IMG/VR virus record: IMGVR_UViG_3300042887_000846 | Strand: one strand, 5' to 3' | DNA from: an uncultured virus (IMG/VR IMGVR_UViG_3300042887_000846) | Lineage: Duplodnaviria; Heunggongvirae; Uroviricota; Caudoviricetes | Length of the DNA stretch: 56,828 nt | Part shown: one piece after another, positions 1-11,466 of the stretch | How the letters are laid out: every line of letters begins with the position of its first letter | Position numbering within the stretch: position 1 is the stretch's first letter | Made by a program: the position numbers and the translations under genes | The notes under the pieces: generated by a model | Database searches by the model: none | Told to the model about the DNA's origin: nothing | Seen by the model: the letters and a program-made list of their open reading frames with translations, nothing else

Positions 1-7
1 ATCACTC

Positions 8-412
8 ATGAGCGGTGACGCAGACATGGGCGACGAAGAAGAAGTTGAAGATGACATGATGGAAATGTCAGATGATGCTATGGAAGAAGAAGTTATGGAA
101 GCAGTACAACTTCAGAAAGTATCAGTAACACACGGTGATAATGGCGCTCAAACAAAGAGCCCAGTAACAGCAAATTCAGGAGCAAAGGGAATGGACAGCA
201 AGCCTGTCAAATTCGCAGGCGCTGCTGAGTCTGTACCAAATGGTCCAAAAGGCCCATCAAATGAGTACAGCAAGAAAGAAGGCGATCTACCAGGTGCAGG
301 TTCATTCAAGAACGTACCAGGTGGTAAAGCAAAAGTTGATTTAACTGCTGCACCAAAACCCGTAACCAAAGATGGCTCTGCAAATAGCAAGAGCATCGTG
401 GCCAAAGGCTAA
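8..412 (+). CDS. Acidic head/prohead core-associated protein, probably 5'-truncated by the window edge
   Basis: The frame is open back to the window start. The protein has an E/D-rich stretch and lies directly upstream of the prohead protease, as core genes do in T4-like head modules. Confidence 0.55.
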   Translation: MSGDADMGDEEEVEDDMMEMSDDAMEEEVMEAVQLQKVSVTHGDNGAQTKSPVTANSGAKGMDSKPVKFAGAAESVPNGPKGPSNEYSKKEGDLPGAGSFKNVPGGKAKVDLTAAPKPVTKDGSANSKSIVAKG

Positions 413-434
413 TTAAAAGGAAACTTGGAGAACA

Positions 435-1082
435 ATGGCTTTGTATCTCAAAGAGCACCTAACGTTCGATAGAGCGAACATGGTTGTCGAATCCGTAAAG
501 GAAGACGGCGATCTGAAGACCCTCTATATGAAGGGTATCTTCATTCAGGGAGGGGTAAAGAACGCAAATGAGCGTGTTTACCCCATTTCTGAAATTGAGA
601 CCGCAGTCGAAACGTTGAACAAGCAAATATCTGAAGGTTATTCAGTGTTGGGTGAAGTAGATCACCCAGACGATTTAAAGATTAACCTAGACCGTGTAAG
701 TCATATGATCACAAGTATGTGGATGGATGGCGCAAACGGTTTCGGTAAATTAAAAATTCTACCAACTCCAATGGGTCAATTAGTAAGAACTATGTTGGAG
801 AGCGGTGTGAAACTAGGCGTTTCAAGTCGTGGATCAGGTAATGTGAACGACTTAGATGGCAAGGTCAGTGATTTTGAAATCATCACTGTAGATATAGTCG
901 CACAACCAAGCGCACCTAACGCATATCCTAAAGCAATATACGAAAGCCTCATGAATATGAAGCATGGTCATAAAGTTATGGATATCGCTAGAGAAGCAAG
1001 GGGCGACAAAAAGGTACAAAGATACTTAGGTGAGGAAGTTAAACGTCTCATCAAGGATCTTAAATTAAATAATAGGGGATAA
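435..1082 (+). CDS. gp21: Prohead core protease (T4 gp21-like)
   Basis: Motifs KNANERVYP, LGEVDHP, GKLKILPTPMG, GVSSRGSG and DIVAQPSAPNA. SD GGAG upstream. Confidence 0.95.
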   Translation: MALYLKEHLTFDRANMVVESVKEDGDLKTLYMKGIFIQGGVKNANERVYPISEIETAVETLNKQISEGYSVLGEVDHPDDLKINLDRVSHMITSMWMDGANGFGKLKILPTPMGQLVRTMLESGVKLGVSSRGSGNVNDLDGKVSDFEIITVDIVAQPSAPNAYPKAIYESLMNMKHGHKVMDIAREARGDKKVQRYLGEEVKRLIKDLKLNNRG

Positions 1083-1086
1083 AAGC

Positions 1087-2199
1087 ATGTTAGATGCTAT
1101 CAAACCATTACTAGAGAGTGGTCTAATCAATGAAGAAGTCTCAGGCGAAATTCAAAAGGTCTGGGAGTCAAAGTTGACTGAAGCCCGCGATCAAGTACGT
1201 GCAGAACTCCGAGAAGAGTTTGCGCAACGTTACGAGCATGATCGTAGCGTGATGGTTGAAGCCCTTGATAAGATGGTAACAGAAAGCCTCTCAACTGAAA
1301 TTGCAGAATTTCACGATGAGAGAAAGGCTTTAAACGAAGACCGCGTAAAGGCTAAGATCAAATTGCAAGAAAATGCATCGAAGTTCAATGAGTTCATGGT
1401 TACTAAACTAGCCGAAGAAATCAGAGAACTACGTAATGATCGTAAAGTCCAGACAGAGAATCAACAAAAGTTAGAGAAATTCATTGTACATGCTCTTGCA
1501 AAAGAGATCAAGGAATTTAATCAAGACAAACAAGCAGTTGTTGAGGCTCGTGTCAAGTTGGTCGCAGAAGGTCGTGAGAAACTTGAAGCACTCAAGCAAA
1601 AATTTGTTGCAGAAAGTGCTAAGAGAGTCAACGCCGCTGTTACTGGTCATTTGAAGGGTGAACTATCACAACTCAGAGAAGACATCAAAACAGCCCGAGA
1701 AAATGCTTTTGGACGCAAGTTGTTTGAAGCGTTTGCAAGTGAATACTCTGTAACTTATCTAAACGATAAGGCAGAGGCTCGCAAACTTCATTCAGTTATT
1801 GCAGAAAAAGAAAGAGCATTGGCTGAGGCTACTTCAAAGGCTATAGAAGCCCAGAAGTTAGTCGAAACAAAGGATCGTGAAGTCCGAATTATAAAAGAAT
1901 CAACTCAGCGTGAAAAGGATATGGAAAAACTTCTATCTCCTCTAAACAAAGAGAAGGCTGATGTAATGAAGGCTTTGCTTGAAAGCGTGCAGACACCAAA
2001 ATTGAAAGCCGCTTTCGACAAGTATCTACCAGCAGTTCTTAATACTGGAAGTGAAAAAGCAGGCGCTAAAACTGCCCTCACAGAAAGTGTTGTAAAAGAA
2101 GTAACTGGTGATAAAGAAACTGCCAATAAGAAAGTTGAGCAAGATCCAGAATTGCAAAATAATGTGATCGATCTCAAGCGTCTGGCAGGGCTTAAGTAA
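1087..2199 (+). CDS. gp22: Prohead core scaffold protein (T4 gp22-like)
   Basis: Charged coiled-coil protein between the protease and capsid genes, ending LKRLAGLK. Confidence 0.8.
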   Translation: MLDAIKPLLESGLINEEVSGEIQKVWESKLTEARDQVRAELREEFAQRYEHDRSVMVEALDKMVTESLSTEIAEFHDERKALNEDRVKAKIKLQENASKFNEFMVTKLAEEIRELRNDRKVQTENQQKLEKFIVHALAKEIKEFNQDKQAVVEARVKLVAEGREKLEALKQKFVAESAKRVNAAVTGHLKGELSQLREDIKTARENAFGRKLFEAFASEYSVTYLNDKAEARKLHSVIAEKERALAEATSKAIEAQKLVETKDREVRIIKESTQREKDMEKLLSPLNKEKADVMKALLESVQTPKLKAAFDKYLPAVLNTGSEKAGAKTALTESVVKEVTGDKETANKKVEQDPELQNNVIDLKRLAGLK

Positions 2200-2223
2200 G
2201 ACATAGATTAGGAGATAATACAA

Positions 2224-3420
2224 ATGTCAAAAGTACTCTTAGAAAGCCGTTGGGACGAGACAAAAGAGGCCCTACTAGAAGGCTTGAAGGGAACTCGTCG
2301 TTCCACAATGGGTGTTATATTAGAGAACACCAAGAAGCAGTTGCTCGCAGAATCTACTGCTGGCACAACAACTGCTGGTAATATCGCAACACTAAATCGC
2401 GTTATTCTTCCAGTAATTCGTCGTGTTATGCCAACTGTTATCGCTAACGAACTAGTCGGCGTTCAGCCAATGACTGGTCCAGTTGGTCAGATCCACACAC
2501 TACGTGTGCGTTACGCTCAGTCATTGACTGACAACTCAGCAGCCGCAACAAGCGTAACTGCTGGTGAAGAAGCATTGAGCCCATTCAAAATTGCTCAGGC
2601 CTATTCACGTTCACCATCAGGCGCAACTACATCAAATTACTACACTGGTAATGATACTGCTGCCCTTGAAGGTAACGGTGGTAAGCAGATCAGCGTACAA
2701 ATCTTGCGTCAGGCTGTTGAAGCCAAGTCACGTAAGTTGCAAGCACGTTGGACATTTGAAGCAGCACAGGATGCACAGTCACAGCACGGTATCGACATCG
2801 AAGCAGAAATCATGGCAGCACTTGCCCAAGAAATCACTGCTGAAATCGATCAAGAAATCTTGTTGTCATTGCGTACTCTTGCTTCAACAGAGTTCACATA
2901 CAACCAAGCAACAGTATCAGGTACTGCAACATACGTCGGTGACGAACATGCTGCTCTAGCAGTTCTAATCAACCGCGTTGCAAACTTGATTGCACAGCGC
3001 ACTCGTCGCGGTGCAGGTAACTGGGCAGTTGTATCACCAGCATCATTGACTGTTCTACAGTCAGCAACAACTTCAGCATTCGCAAGAACAACTGAAGGCA
3101 CATTCGAAGCCCCAACTAACACTAAGTTCGTTGGTACATTGAACGGTGCAATGCGCGTATTCGTTGACTCATACGCCCCAGATACTCAGCCAGTATTGGT
3201 TGGTTATAAGGGTTCAAGTGAGACTGACGCAGCCGCGTTCTACTGCCCATACATCCCATTGATGTCAAGCGGCGTTGTTCTAGATCCATCAACATTCGAA
3301 CCAGTCGTGTCATTCATGACACGTTATGGCTATATCGAATTAACTAACACAGCATCATCATTCGGTAATGCTGCGGACTACGTTGGTGAGATCGCTGTAC
3401 AGAACTTAACATTCCAATAA
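2224..3420 (+). CDS. gp23: Major capsid protein (T4 gp23-like)
   Basis: Motifs VGVQPMTGPVGQI, AKSRKLQARWT, EITAEIDQEI, AFYCPYIPL and FMTRYG. SD AGGAG. Confidence 0.97.
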   Translation: MSKVLLESRWDETKEALLEGLKGTRRSTMGVILENTKKQLLAESTAGTTTAGNIATLNRVILPVIRRVMPTVIANELVGVQPMTGPVGQIHTLRVRYAQSLTDNSAAATSVTAGEEALSPFKIAQAYSRSPSGATTSNYYTGNDTAALEGNGGKQISVQILRQAVEAKSRKLQARWTFEAAQDAQSQHGIDIEAEIMAALAQEITAEIDQEILLSLRTLASTEFTYNQATVSGTATYVGDEHAALAVLINRVANLIAQRTRRGAGNWAVVSPASLTVLQSATTSAFARTTEGTFEAPTNTKFVGTLNGAMRVFVDSYAPDTQPVLVGYKGSSETDAAAFYCPYIPLMSSGVVLDPSTFEPVVSFMTRYGYIELTNTASSFGNAADYVGEIAVQNLTFQ

Positions 3421-3446
3421 TAGTTGGATTTGTTGTTCAAAAGATT

Positions 3447-3471
3447 GGGCGCTTCGGCGCCCTTTCTTTTT
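3447..3471 (+). terminator. Intrinsic terminator after the capsid gene
   Basis: GGGCGC-TTCG-GCGCCC (cUUCGg loop) followed by TTTCTTTTT. Confidence 0.9.
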
Positions 3472-3838
3472 ATGCGATTCTAATATCTGTATCGACAGTC
3501 ATGTTCATCACTGACTTCTTACCTTTACGAAGACGTTTTTTATATAGGCTTCCGCAATTTTTACAACATGTTTTAAGATTTCCGGATTTCTTGTTTTTCT
3601 TATTACCATCTTTAAAGACTACTTCTAGTTGGCATTTGTCTACTGCTTTAAATCCGCAAAAATCACAACGATCACCCTTGTTTTGTAGATGCTTGTAGTT
3701 GTCATTATACATCATCTTGCTACAATCTACACAATATTTGTGCCATTTTTTGAATCCTAACTTGCTTATGCCATTAGGTTTCGCCGGTACTAGACCGCAA
3801 TGACTACATACAGGGCGAGATTTTTGCTTTGTTAACAT
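3470..3838 (-). CDS. Small basic Zn-finger/HNH-like protein
   Basis: Several CxxC pairs (CSHC, CVDC, CDFC, CKNC) and a degenerate HNH-like segment. TAAATA lies 5 nt upstream of the ATG. Confidence 0.6.
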   Translation of the reverse strand: MLTKQKSRPVCSHCGLVPAKPNGISKLGFKKWHKYCVDCSKMMYNDNYKHLQNKGDRCDFCGFKAVDKCQLEVVFKDGNKKNKKSGNLKTCCKNCGSLYKKRLRKGKKSVMNMTVDTDIRIA

Positions 3839-3932
3839 ACTGATATTTAGAAAAAAGTTCTAGTTGGTTCTTTTTTTAGTGGTCTACCCAAAAGATATTT
3901 GATAAATATAATAATAGAGGACTTGTATAATA

Positions 3933-6911
3933 ATGTCAGAACCGTTTAACACGCTTGGTGGGTACTCAGTTGGTATCCCGCCGGAGTTAGTAATAGATGC
4001 TAATGGTAACGTTGTCAATAACGTCAACGCACCTAACTCCAACGTCACCGCTAATCGTGTATTTGCTAATGCATATTTTTATGCGAATGGTTCACCACTA
4101 AGCATAGGTGCTTCAGGGTCAAACACACAAGTTCAGTACAATAACAACGGATTGTTGGGCGCGAGTTCAGCATTCACATTCAACAGTTCTACTAATGTTC
4201 TAGCAGTAACTAAACTTCAAGTAGGTAGTAATGCCAACTTAGGCAACGTATCAAACGTTGTCATCTTAGGTGGTACTAACGGATATTTCTTACAGACTGA
4301 CGGTGCAGGTAATCTCACATGGGCGCCTGCAGGTAACGGCGGTAATACAGGAAACGGTGTTCCCGGCGGTGCAAACACACAAGTTCAGTTTAATGATGCA
4401 GGTGTATTCGGCGGAGATGCAGGATTCACTTATAACAAGGTCAGCAATACTCTTTCAGTAGCAAATACTATATCTTCCGGCAATGCTATTACCGGCGTAA
4501 ATTTATCGGTAACAGATGCTACGATTTATAGCACGTTATCAGTAACAAATGTTTTAGCATCAAATATCACATTGTCAGCCAATATAACAAATGCTAACTG
4601 GATCAATGCTAGTTATTTTGCAGGTAATGGATATAATTTATTTGGTTTAGTTGGAGCCAATGTCAGTGGTCAAGTTGCTTTCGCTAACGTAGCAAATAAT
4701 GTAGCAGGAGCAAATGTCAGTGGTCAAGTAGGATTTGCTAACGTAGCGAATAATGTAGCCGGCGCAAATGTATCAGGTCAAGTAGCAAATGCATTAGTCG
4801 CAGGCACTGTTTATACATCAGCACAACCAAACATCACAAGTGTAGGCAATCTAACTAGTTTAACTGTTGTTGGTAACACTACATTAGGAAATCAAGTAGT
4901 TTCAAACTATTTCATCGGTAATTTGTTCGGTGTAGCCAATCTTGCTAGAAATGTAACGTTAGGAGCACAACCTAACATTACAAGTTTAGGTACGCTCACA
5001 TCATTGACTGTCAGCGGTAACACAACATTAGGTAATAGTGTATCTGCAAACTATTTTGTAGGTAATCTATATGGAGTTGCAAACAGCGCGTTAACAGCAA
5101 ATTCAGCAAATTCAGCAAATTTTGCAACAAATGCTACAAATGCAAATTACTCAGCAACAGCATTATTAGCCGGAACAGTATCAGTAAATGCACAACCTAA
5201 TATCACAAGTCTAGGTACATTAACATCATTAAACGTTAATGGTATTTCTAATCTAGGTAGTGTAGGAAATGTAAGAATTGGCGGCGGTACTAATGGTTAT
5301 GTGTTGACTACTGACGGCACCGGCAATTTGAGTTGGGGCGTAGGTGGAAACGGTAACGGCACCCCAGGTGGCAGTAACACACAGATTCAATATAATGACA
5401 ACGGCAGTTTTGCTGGTAGTACCAACTTCATTTGGAATAACGCTTTAAATCAGTTGTCGGTATCCGGCAATGTCACGATCACAAATACACTAAACGTTTC
5501 AAATATTTCCTCAAATCTAGCCAATGCTAATACATTAGCAGTCACAGGAAACATTACAGCAGGTAACGTGAATGCTGGTAATCTACTAACAGCGAATTTT
5601 ATTTCTGGAACATTAACTACAAACTCACAACAGAATATAAACTATCTAGGAAATGTGGGCTGGTTAAATGTTAATACAAGCGTACCAAATAGTAACGGTA
5701 ATATAACATTTAATGGTAGTATGAGTGGCATAGGTGTAGGTAGCAATATTAATATTACTGGCAACTTGAATGCAGGTAATTATGTGCAGGCTAATTTATT
5801 AATAGGCACATTGACTACTCCGGCACAACCTAACATCACAAGTATAGGTAATCTGTCATCATTGACTGTGGTAGGACAGAGCAATCTAGGAAATATAGCA
5901 AACATCACTATATTGGGCGGCAATGCCAACTATGTATTAAGCACAGACGGAGCAGGTAATCTAAGTTGGGTAGCACAAGCAAATGGTGGCGGAGGCAATG
6001 GCATCCCTGGCGGATTAGATACACAGATACAATTTAATGATGCCGGCGAATTCGGCGGAGACAATACGTTAACTTGGAATAAAGTAACGAATTATATGTA
6101 CTTGGGAGGCAATGCCAACGTTGCAGGTACGATGAATGTGTTGACAACGCTGAATACTGCCAACTTTACTGCTACAGGAACAGCGAACTTAAGTGGTACC
6201 ATAAGTTTATCAAACACTACGTTGCTAGCAACTAGGACATTGACAGTAGCAGGCAATTTAAACACAGATGGATCTGCGAATGTCAATTTAGGAAACGTGG
6301 CCAACATACATATCAGTGGCGGTGTTAATGGATATGTACTCAGCACAGACGGTTCAGGTAACTTAAGTTGGAAAAATGCAGGCGGCGGCAACGGTGGAGG
6401 CACACCGGGCGGTAGTAATACTCAGATTCAATATAATAGTCAAGGTACATTTGCCGGCAGTCCATTCTTGACATTTAACGAGGTATCTAATAACGTTCAA
6501 ATCGCCGGTAATTTAACTGCGAATGCTTTAACTATAGGTTCAGGAATCTATCAGTTTAGTTATAGTAACGTTTATTTTGCTACTACAAGTAGTGTTTCTC
6601 CTAATCAAATCTTGTTATCTATCGAAGCAGATGACGGAGTGAGCGGGGGTAATGTAGCAGGGGTTGATTATACAATTATTTCGACAGACAATAATATACG
6701 TAATTTTGTGAAAATCTCATGTGTACGCATAGGATCATCCTTAAATTATGTAGAATACAGTACGTTACCCGTAAATGGGTATACAGGGGATTTTCAAGTA
6801 TTATATAATGCAGGAAACGTGATAAGCCCTGCTACTATACAACTTGTTATGTCACCACAGAGTGCAAACTTAATGACGCACAAAATGATGGTGACAGCAT
6901 ATTATGACTAG
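3933..6911 (+). CDS. Long tail-fibre-like structural protein
   Basis: N/G/T-rich beta repeats, GGSNTQIQYN and TDGxGNLSW modules, four AQPNITS repeats. GATAAATA late-type motif at about 3901. Confidence 0.75.
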   Translation: MSEPFNTLGGYSVGIPPELVIDANGNVVNNVNAPNSNVTANRVFANAYFYANGSPLSIGASGSNTQVQYNNNGLLGASSAFTFNSSTNVLAVTKLQVGSNANLGNVSNVVILGGTNGYFLQTDGAGNLTWAPAGNGGNTGNGVPGGANTQVQFNDAGVFGGDAGFTYNKVSNTLSVANTISSGNAITGVNLSVTDATIYSTLSVTNVLASNITLSANITNANWINASYFAGNGYNLFGLVGANVSGQVAFANVANNVAGANVSGQVGFANVANNVAGANVSGQVANALVAGTVYTSAQPNITSVGNLTSLTVVGNTTLGNQVVSNYFIGNLFGVANLARNVTLGAQPNITSLGTLTSLTVSGNTTLGNSVSANYFVGNLYGVANSALTANSANSANFATNATNANYSATALLAGTVSVNAQPNITSLGTLTSLNVNGISNLGSVGNVRIGGGTNGYVLTTDGTGNLSWGVGGNGNGTPGGSNTQIQYNDNGSFAGSTNFIWNNALNQLSVSGNVTITNTLNVSNISSNLANANTLAVTGNITAGNVNAGNLLTANFISGTLTTNSQQNINYLGNVGWLNVNTSVPNSNGNITFNGSMSGIGVGSNINITGNLNAGNYVQANLLIGTLTTPAQPNITSIGNLSSLTVVGQSNLGNIANITILGGNANYVLSTDGAGNLSWVAQANGGGGNGIPGGLDTQIQFNDAGEFGGDNTLTWNKVTNYMYLGGNANVAGTMNVLTTLNTANFTATGTANLSGTISLSNTTLLATRTLTVAGNLNTDGSANVNLGNVANIHISGGVNGYVLSTDGSGNLSWKNAGGGNGGGTPGGSNTQIQYNSQGTFAGSPFLTFNEVSNNVQIAGNLTANALTIGSGIYQFSYSNVYFATTSSVSPNQILLSIEADDGVSGGNVAGVDYTIISTDNNIRNFVKISCVRIGSSLNYVEYSTLPVNGYTGDFQVLYNAGNVISPATIQLVMSPQSANLMTHKMMVTAYYD

Positions 6912-6947
6912 TATTGATAAATACTAAAATGATGGAGATTATCAAAC

Positions 6948-9900
6948 ATGGCACTTAAACCACTAAATTCAGTAGGCGGCTTCTCAGTAGGAGAAATCCC
7001 TGCTAATGTGATACTAGCGAATGCAGATATCACAGCAAATAAAGGTACTTTCGTAGGAAACGTTGCGATTAGCAACACTAATCCTGCCTATGGTATACTG
7101 ACAGATAATTTATACTATAGTAACGGTGTACCTTGGGACTTGCAGCAGGCTGCAGGATCCAACACACAGATACAGTTCAACAATAACAATGATTTTGGTG
7201 CCAGCGCAAACTTAACGTTTGATTCGGTCACTAACTTATTGACTGTAGTGGGTAACGTACAGTTTAACAATGCTAATCTCGGCAATCTTGTCACAAGCAA
7301 TTTTGCTAACATTGCGTCAAATACTATAACTAGTAATTTAACTGTCAACCTCGAACTAGCAGGTAACACTGCAAACTTCAGTGGTAACATAAAGACTCTA
7401 AACGCTAATCTCGGTAATCTTGTCGTTGCCAATTATGCAAACTTTACCAATGACTTAGTGGTTCAAGGTAATATTGCTAACGCCAACAACATTAATGTCA
7501 CCAACACATTAAATGCTGTAACAGGTAATTTTAGTGGCAATGTGACTTCATTGAATGCTAATCTCGGTAACCTAGCAACTGCTAACTTTGTCAACGTTGC
7601 AAGTAATATTATAAGTAGCAACTTAACTGTAAATCTTGCATTATCAGGTAATACTGCAAACTTCAGTGGTAACATCACATCATTAAATGCAAATCTCGGT
7701 AACCTAGCAGAAGCCAACTTTGTCAATGCGTCAAGTAACGTCAATGTTACTGATACAATGCAAGCAGGCAATGTACGTACCGACAATCTATTGTATGCTA
7801 ACGGAGTGCCTTGGGACCTACAAGAAGCAGCAGGCTCAAATACTGAAATACAGTATAACATGGGCGACAACTTTGCAGCCAGTGCGAATTTAACATACAA
7901 CGATACTACTCAAGTCTTTACAGTATTAGGTAATAGTCAGTTTAATAATGCAAATTTAGGCAACGTAGCAAATGCTAACTTTGTCAACGTTGCAAGTAAT
8001 ACTATCACTAACAACTTGCAAGTTAACCTAAATATTGCTGGTAATACAGCACAGTTTTTAGGTAATGTCCAAGTCAATAACTTTGATGTCAACTTAGAAC
8101 TTGCAGGTAATACAGCAAATTTCTTAGGCAATGTTCAAGTCAATAACTTTGATGTCAACTTAGAATTGTCTGGTAATACAGCCAACTTTACCGGTGCTAC
8201 TATCGCACAAAACGTTACTGCAAATTCAACTGTATTCACTGCAAATGCAAACGTCACTGGAACAACAATCACTAATGCATTGACGGTAAACAATGATATA
8301 ACAGGTAACACTGCGAACTTCAGCGGTAATGTCGTAGTACCAAACTTAACAGTAAATCTTGAACTTGCAGGTAACACAGCAAATTTCACAGGCAATGTTG
8401 TTGCTCCAAACTTGATCGGAGCATTAGCGAACGGTAACAGCAACGTTAAAGTTTATAGTAACTCAAACGTTGAGATCAGTATCAATGGCACTGCTAACAT
8501 TGCAACATTTACTGGTAATTCATTACTAGTAGTAGGCAACATAGAATCAACAGCAGGTAATGTTCTTGCTAATGGTAATATATCAGCCAATAGTTTCTTG
8601 AACAGCGCGAATGCCAATGTAACAGGTGAAGCAAATGTTGGTAGTTTACTAACTTCAAACATCACAGCAAATGGTAATCTAATGATTACTGCTTCAGGTT
8701 CAAATGTCAACATCAATCTTGTTCCTGGTGGCCCTAATGGTGTGATCGATGCGTCATTAGCACGTATCATACAAGTTAATGGTCCGATTAATCCAAATGA
8801 TGCGGCAACAAAAGAATATGTTGATAGCACTTCACAAGGTTTAACGATTCACACAGCAGTTCGTGTAACAAGCGTAACAAACTTAAATGCTACATATGCT
8901 AACGGTGGTAGTGTATTGACTACTATTGCAATCACTGGTGGTAAAACAATACAGTTTAGTGCCGCTCACGGCCTATCAGTGGGCGATGAACTTGCTTGGG
9001 ATAACTCATTCAATAATATTATTGGTGATGACCCATACTTTGTCTACAGCACTCCAGCAGCCGATACTATCACAGTCAAGGCAGGCTATTTCGGTGCTGA
9101 AGTCACTACATTAACTAACGGTACTGGCTTATCACAGACAGCAAGAGCAAACACTGGTGTTGGCGCAACATTGACTAACAACGGAGCAAATGCGGCACTA
9201 TCTATCGATAGCGTTGCATTAGCATCAACAAATAGAGTTCTTGTTCAAGGTCAGACAAATCAGTTTGAGAACGGTGTCTATACTGTAACAACAGTAGGTG
9301 ACGGTTCAACTGCTTGGGTACTAACAAGAGCGACAGATGAAGATACATACAGTCCAACAGCAACTACGTCATTGGGCTACGGCGACTATTTCTTTGTGCA
9401 ACAAGGTCTAAGTTATGCAGGTAGTTCATACGTTGTAACTTCACCGGTTGGTGAAATATTGTTTGGATTCACAAACATACAATTCAGTCAGTTTAGTGCA
9501 TCAGGTTCATATAGTGCAGGTAATGGTATCGCAATCAATGGTACTGTTATAAGTGCAAACGTGGACAATGACACTACTGCAATTAGTGCAGGTAATATCG
9601 TTGTCAAGACAAGCGCAAATCTTGTAACACCAAATCTCGGTGACGCAACATTCAGTAGTTTGTCTTGGAATACATTAAGCAACGGTAATGTCACAGCCAA
9701 TAATTTGAGCATCAGTAACATTGCTAATATTACCGGCAACTTGACTGTTGCAGGAAATGTACAAGTAACTTATGATATTGATAGCAATGCTAATATCTAT
9801 AGCAATAATAGCGATGTATCAAACTTCTTGGTTGTTGGTGGTAACACAACATCAAACAACATTACATCAAATAATTGGTTGAACACAGCAAGCGCAAACG

Positions 9901-10751
9901 TTTCTGCTAATCTTGTAACAAGCAATGCTACAGTAAATCTAGCATTGGTGGGTAACACAGCAAACTTCAGCGGTAACGTGATCGTACCAAATTTAACTGT
10001 AAACTTAGAACTAGCAGGCAATACTGCTAACTTCTCAGGTAACGTTGTTGCATTAAACACAAATGCAGGTAACTTGTTAACAGCAAATTTTGCAAATATT
10101 GCAAGTAATGTCACAACAAGTAATTTAACTGTAAATCTAGCACTTGCTGGCAATACAGCAAACTTTAGTGGTAATGTAGTAGCAGCCAATGCAAATCTAG
10201 GTAATCTAGTTACTGCTAATTTCTTTACTGGTACATTGATAAATGGCACAAGTAATGTTGCGATACCAAGTACTAACGGTAACGTAAACATCACAGCAGG
10301 TGGTAATACATCATTCGTTGTGACTGATACCGGTGCTAATGTAACAGGTAACTTAGGTGTATCAGGTAACTTTAGCGTAGGTAACATTGTAGCAACTAAT
10401 TTGACTGCAAATACAGCAGTCAATATTGGTAATACTAAGATTACTTGGGCTGAAGTCACTACAATAGCAACTACGGCTAACCAGACTATCTCAACTATAT
10501 CAACAACTGGTATAACAGGTGTTCAATGGTTAGTCAAGGGTATTGATTCAACTGGTAGCAAGTACACGGTAGCAACAGTGCAGGCCGTAACAGACGGGTC
10601 AGTTGTTGATTTCTCAACATTCGGCGGCGTGACATTAGGAGGTACTACAGGTACATTAGCAGTTAATATCTCAGGCGGTAATATAGCACTACAAGTAACC
10701 CCATCAAGTTCTAACTCAACTTTATGGGTAACTCAGTATAGAACTATATAA
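6948..10751 (+). CDS. Long tail-fibre-like structural protein
   Basis: LAGNTANFSGN repeats, plus DAATKEYVD and RVLVQGQT..ENGVY modules typical of phage fibres. Confidence 0.75.
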   Translation: MALKPLNSVGGFSVGEIPANVILANADITANKGTFVGNVAISNTNPAYGILTDNLYYSNGVPWDLQQAAGSNTQIQFNNNNDFGASANLTFDSVTNLLTVVGNVQFNNANLGNLVTSNFANIASNTITSNLTVNLELAGNTANFSGNIKTLNANLGNLVVANYANFTNDLVVQGNIANANNINVTNTLNAVTGNFSGNVTSLNANLGNLATANFVNVASNIISSNLTVNLALSGNTANFSGNITSLNANLGNLAEANFVNASSNVNVTDTMQAGNVRTDNLLYANGVPWDLQEAAGSNTEIQYNMGDNFAASANLTYNDTTQVFTVLGNSQFNNANLGNVANANFVNVASNTITNNLQVNLNIAGNTAQFLGNVQVNNFDVNLELAGNTANFLGNVQVNNFDVNLELSGNTANFTGATIAQNVTANSTVFTANANVTGTTITNALTVNNDITGNTANFSGNVVVPNLTVNLELAGNTANFTGNVVAPNLIGALANGNSNVKVYSNSNVEISINGTANIATFTGNSLLVVGNIESTAGNVLANGNISANSFLNSANANVTGEANVGSLLTSNITANGNLMITASGSNVNINLVPGGPNGVIDASLARIIQVNGPINPNDAATKEYVDSTSQGLTIHTAVRVTSVTNLNATYANGGSVLTTIAITGGKTIQFSAAHGLSVGDELAWDNSFNNIIGDDPYFVYSTPAADTITVKAGYFGAEVTTLTNGTGLSQTARANTGVGATLTNNGANAALSIDSVALASTNRVLVQGQTNQFENGVYTVTTVGDGSTAWVLTRATDEDTYSPTATTSLGYGDYFFVQQGLSYAGSSYVVTSPVGEILFGFTNIQFSQFSASGSYSAGNGIAINGTVISANVDNDTTAISAGNIVVKTSANLVTPNLGDATFSSLSWNTLSNGNVTANNLSISNIANITGNLTVAGNVQVTYDIDSNANIYSNNSDVSNFLVVGGNTTSNNITSNNWLNTASANVSANLVTSNATVNLALVGNTANFSGNVIVPNLTVNLELAGNTANFSGNVVALNTNAGNLLTANFANIASNVTTSNLTVNLALAGNTANFSGNVVAANANLGNLVTANFFTGTLINGTSNVAIPSTNGNVNITAGGNTSFVVTDTGANVTGNLGVSGNFSVGNIVATNLTANTAVNIGNTKITWAEVTTIATTANQTISTISTTGITGVQWLVKGIDSTGSKYTVATVQAVTDGSVVDFSTFGGVTLGGTTGTLAVNISGGNIALQVTPSSSNSTLWVTQYRTI

Positions 10752-10771
10752 TTGTTAGGTAACGAAAGAAG

Positions 10772-11425
10772 ATGGCAGTCAGACCTTTAAATTCCATAGC
10801 AGGATTCTCTACAGGAGATCCTGCTGTTACGATAGTACAGGCTAACGGTGATATCACCACCGTTAATTTTACTGCTAACGGAATTTCAAATCTAGGCGCG
10901 AACGGTAACGTTATCATTACTGGTGGTAGTAACAACCAAGTATTGACAACTAATGGTTCAGGTAATCTAACTTGGACTACTGTATCAGTTACGCAAAGTG
11001 CGGCTCCGATGCCTATCGTTATCGATGCAGGTAATACGTTAACTATTCCTGCTAACTATCAGGGATTATTTGGGACACCTCTAACTGTCAATGGAACATT
11101 AGAGATTGATGGTGCATTGATAGATGTGAGTGGTCAAGGTGCCCCAGGTACAGATACGCAAGTAACTTTTAACGATGGCGGAGAACCTTCAGGAAATAAT
11201 GGATTTACATTCGATAAGACATCAGGAAATTTATCAGTGCCTGGCTCTATCAACGGAGGTGCGTTTTTAAAATTAACTACGTATAGCAACACAGCATTAA
11301 CAGCCGTTGTAGGTAGTATTGGTCAGATAGCCGTAGTAACTAACAGCAATCCAGCCGGTATGCTTGCATTTTGGGATGGTACTAACAATCGTTGGTCTTA
11401 TGTCCACGATAATAGCGCGGTGTAA
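10772..11425 (+). CDS. Short fibre-associated structural protein
   Basis: Shares the N-terminal PLNSxxGFS motif and TxGxGNLxW module with the upstream fibre genes. Confidence 0.6.
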   Translation: MAVRPLNSIAGFSTGDPAVTIVQANGDITTVNFTANGISNLGANGNVIITGGSNNQVLTTNGSGNLTWTTVSVTQSAAPMPIVIDAGNTLTIPANYQGLFGTPLTVNGTLEIDGALIDVSGQGAPGTDTQVTFNDGGEPSGNNGFTFDKTSGNLSVPGSINGGAFLKLTTYSNTALTAVVGSIGQIAVVTNSNPAGMLAFWDGTNNRWSYVHDNSAV

Positions 11426-11466
11426 ATTAAGATAAATACAATGAATAGCATTAGCAGAGAACGAAT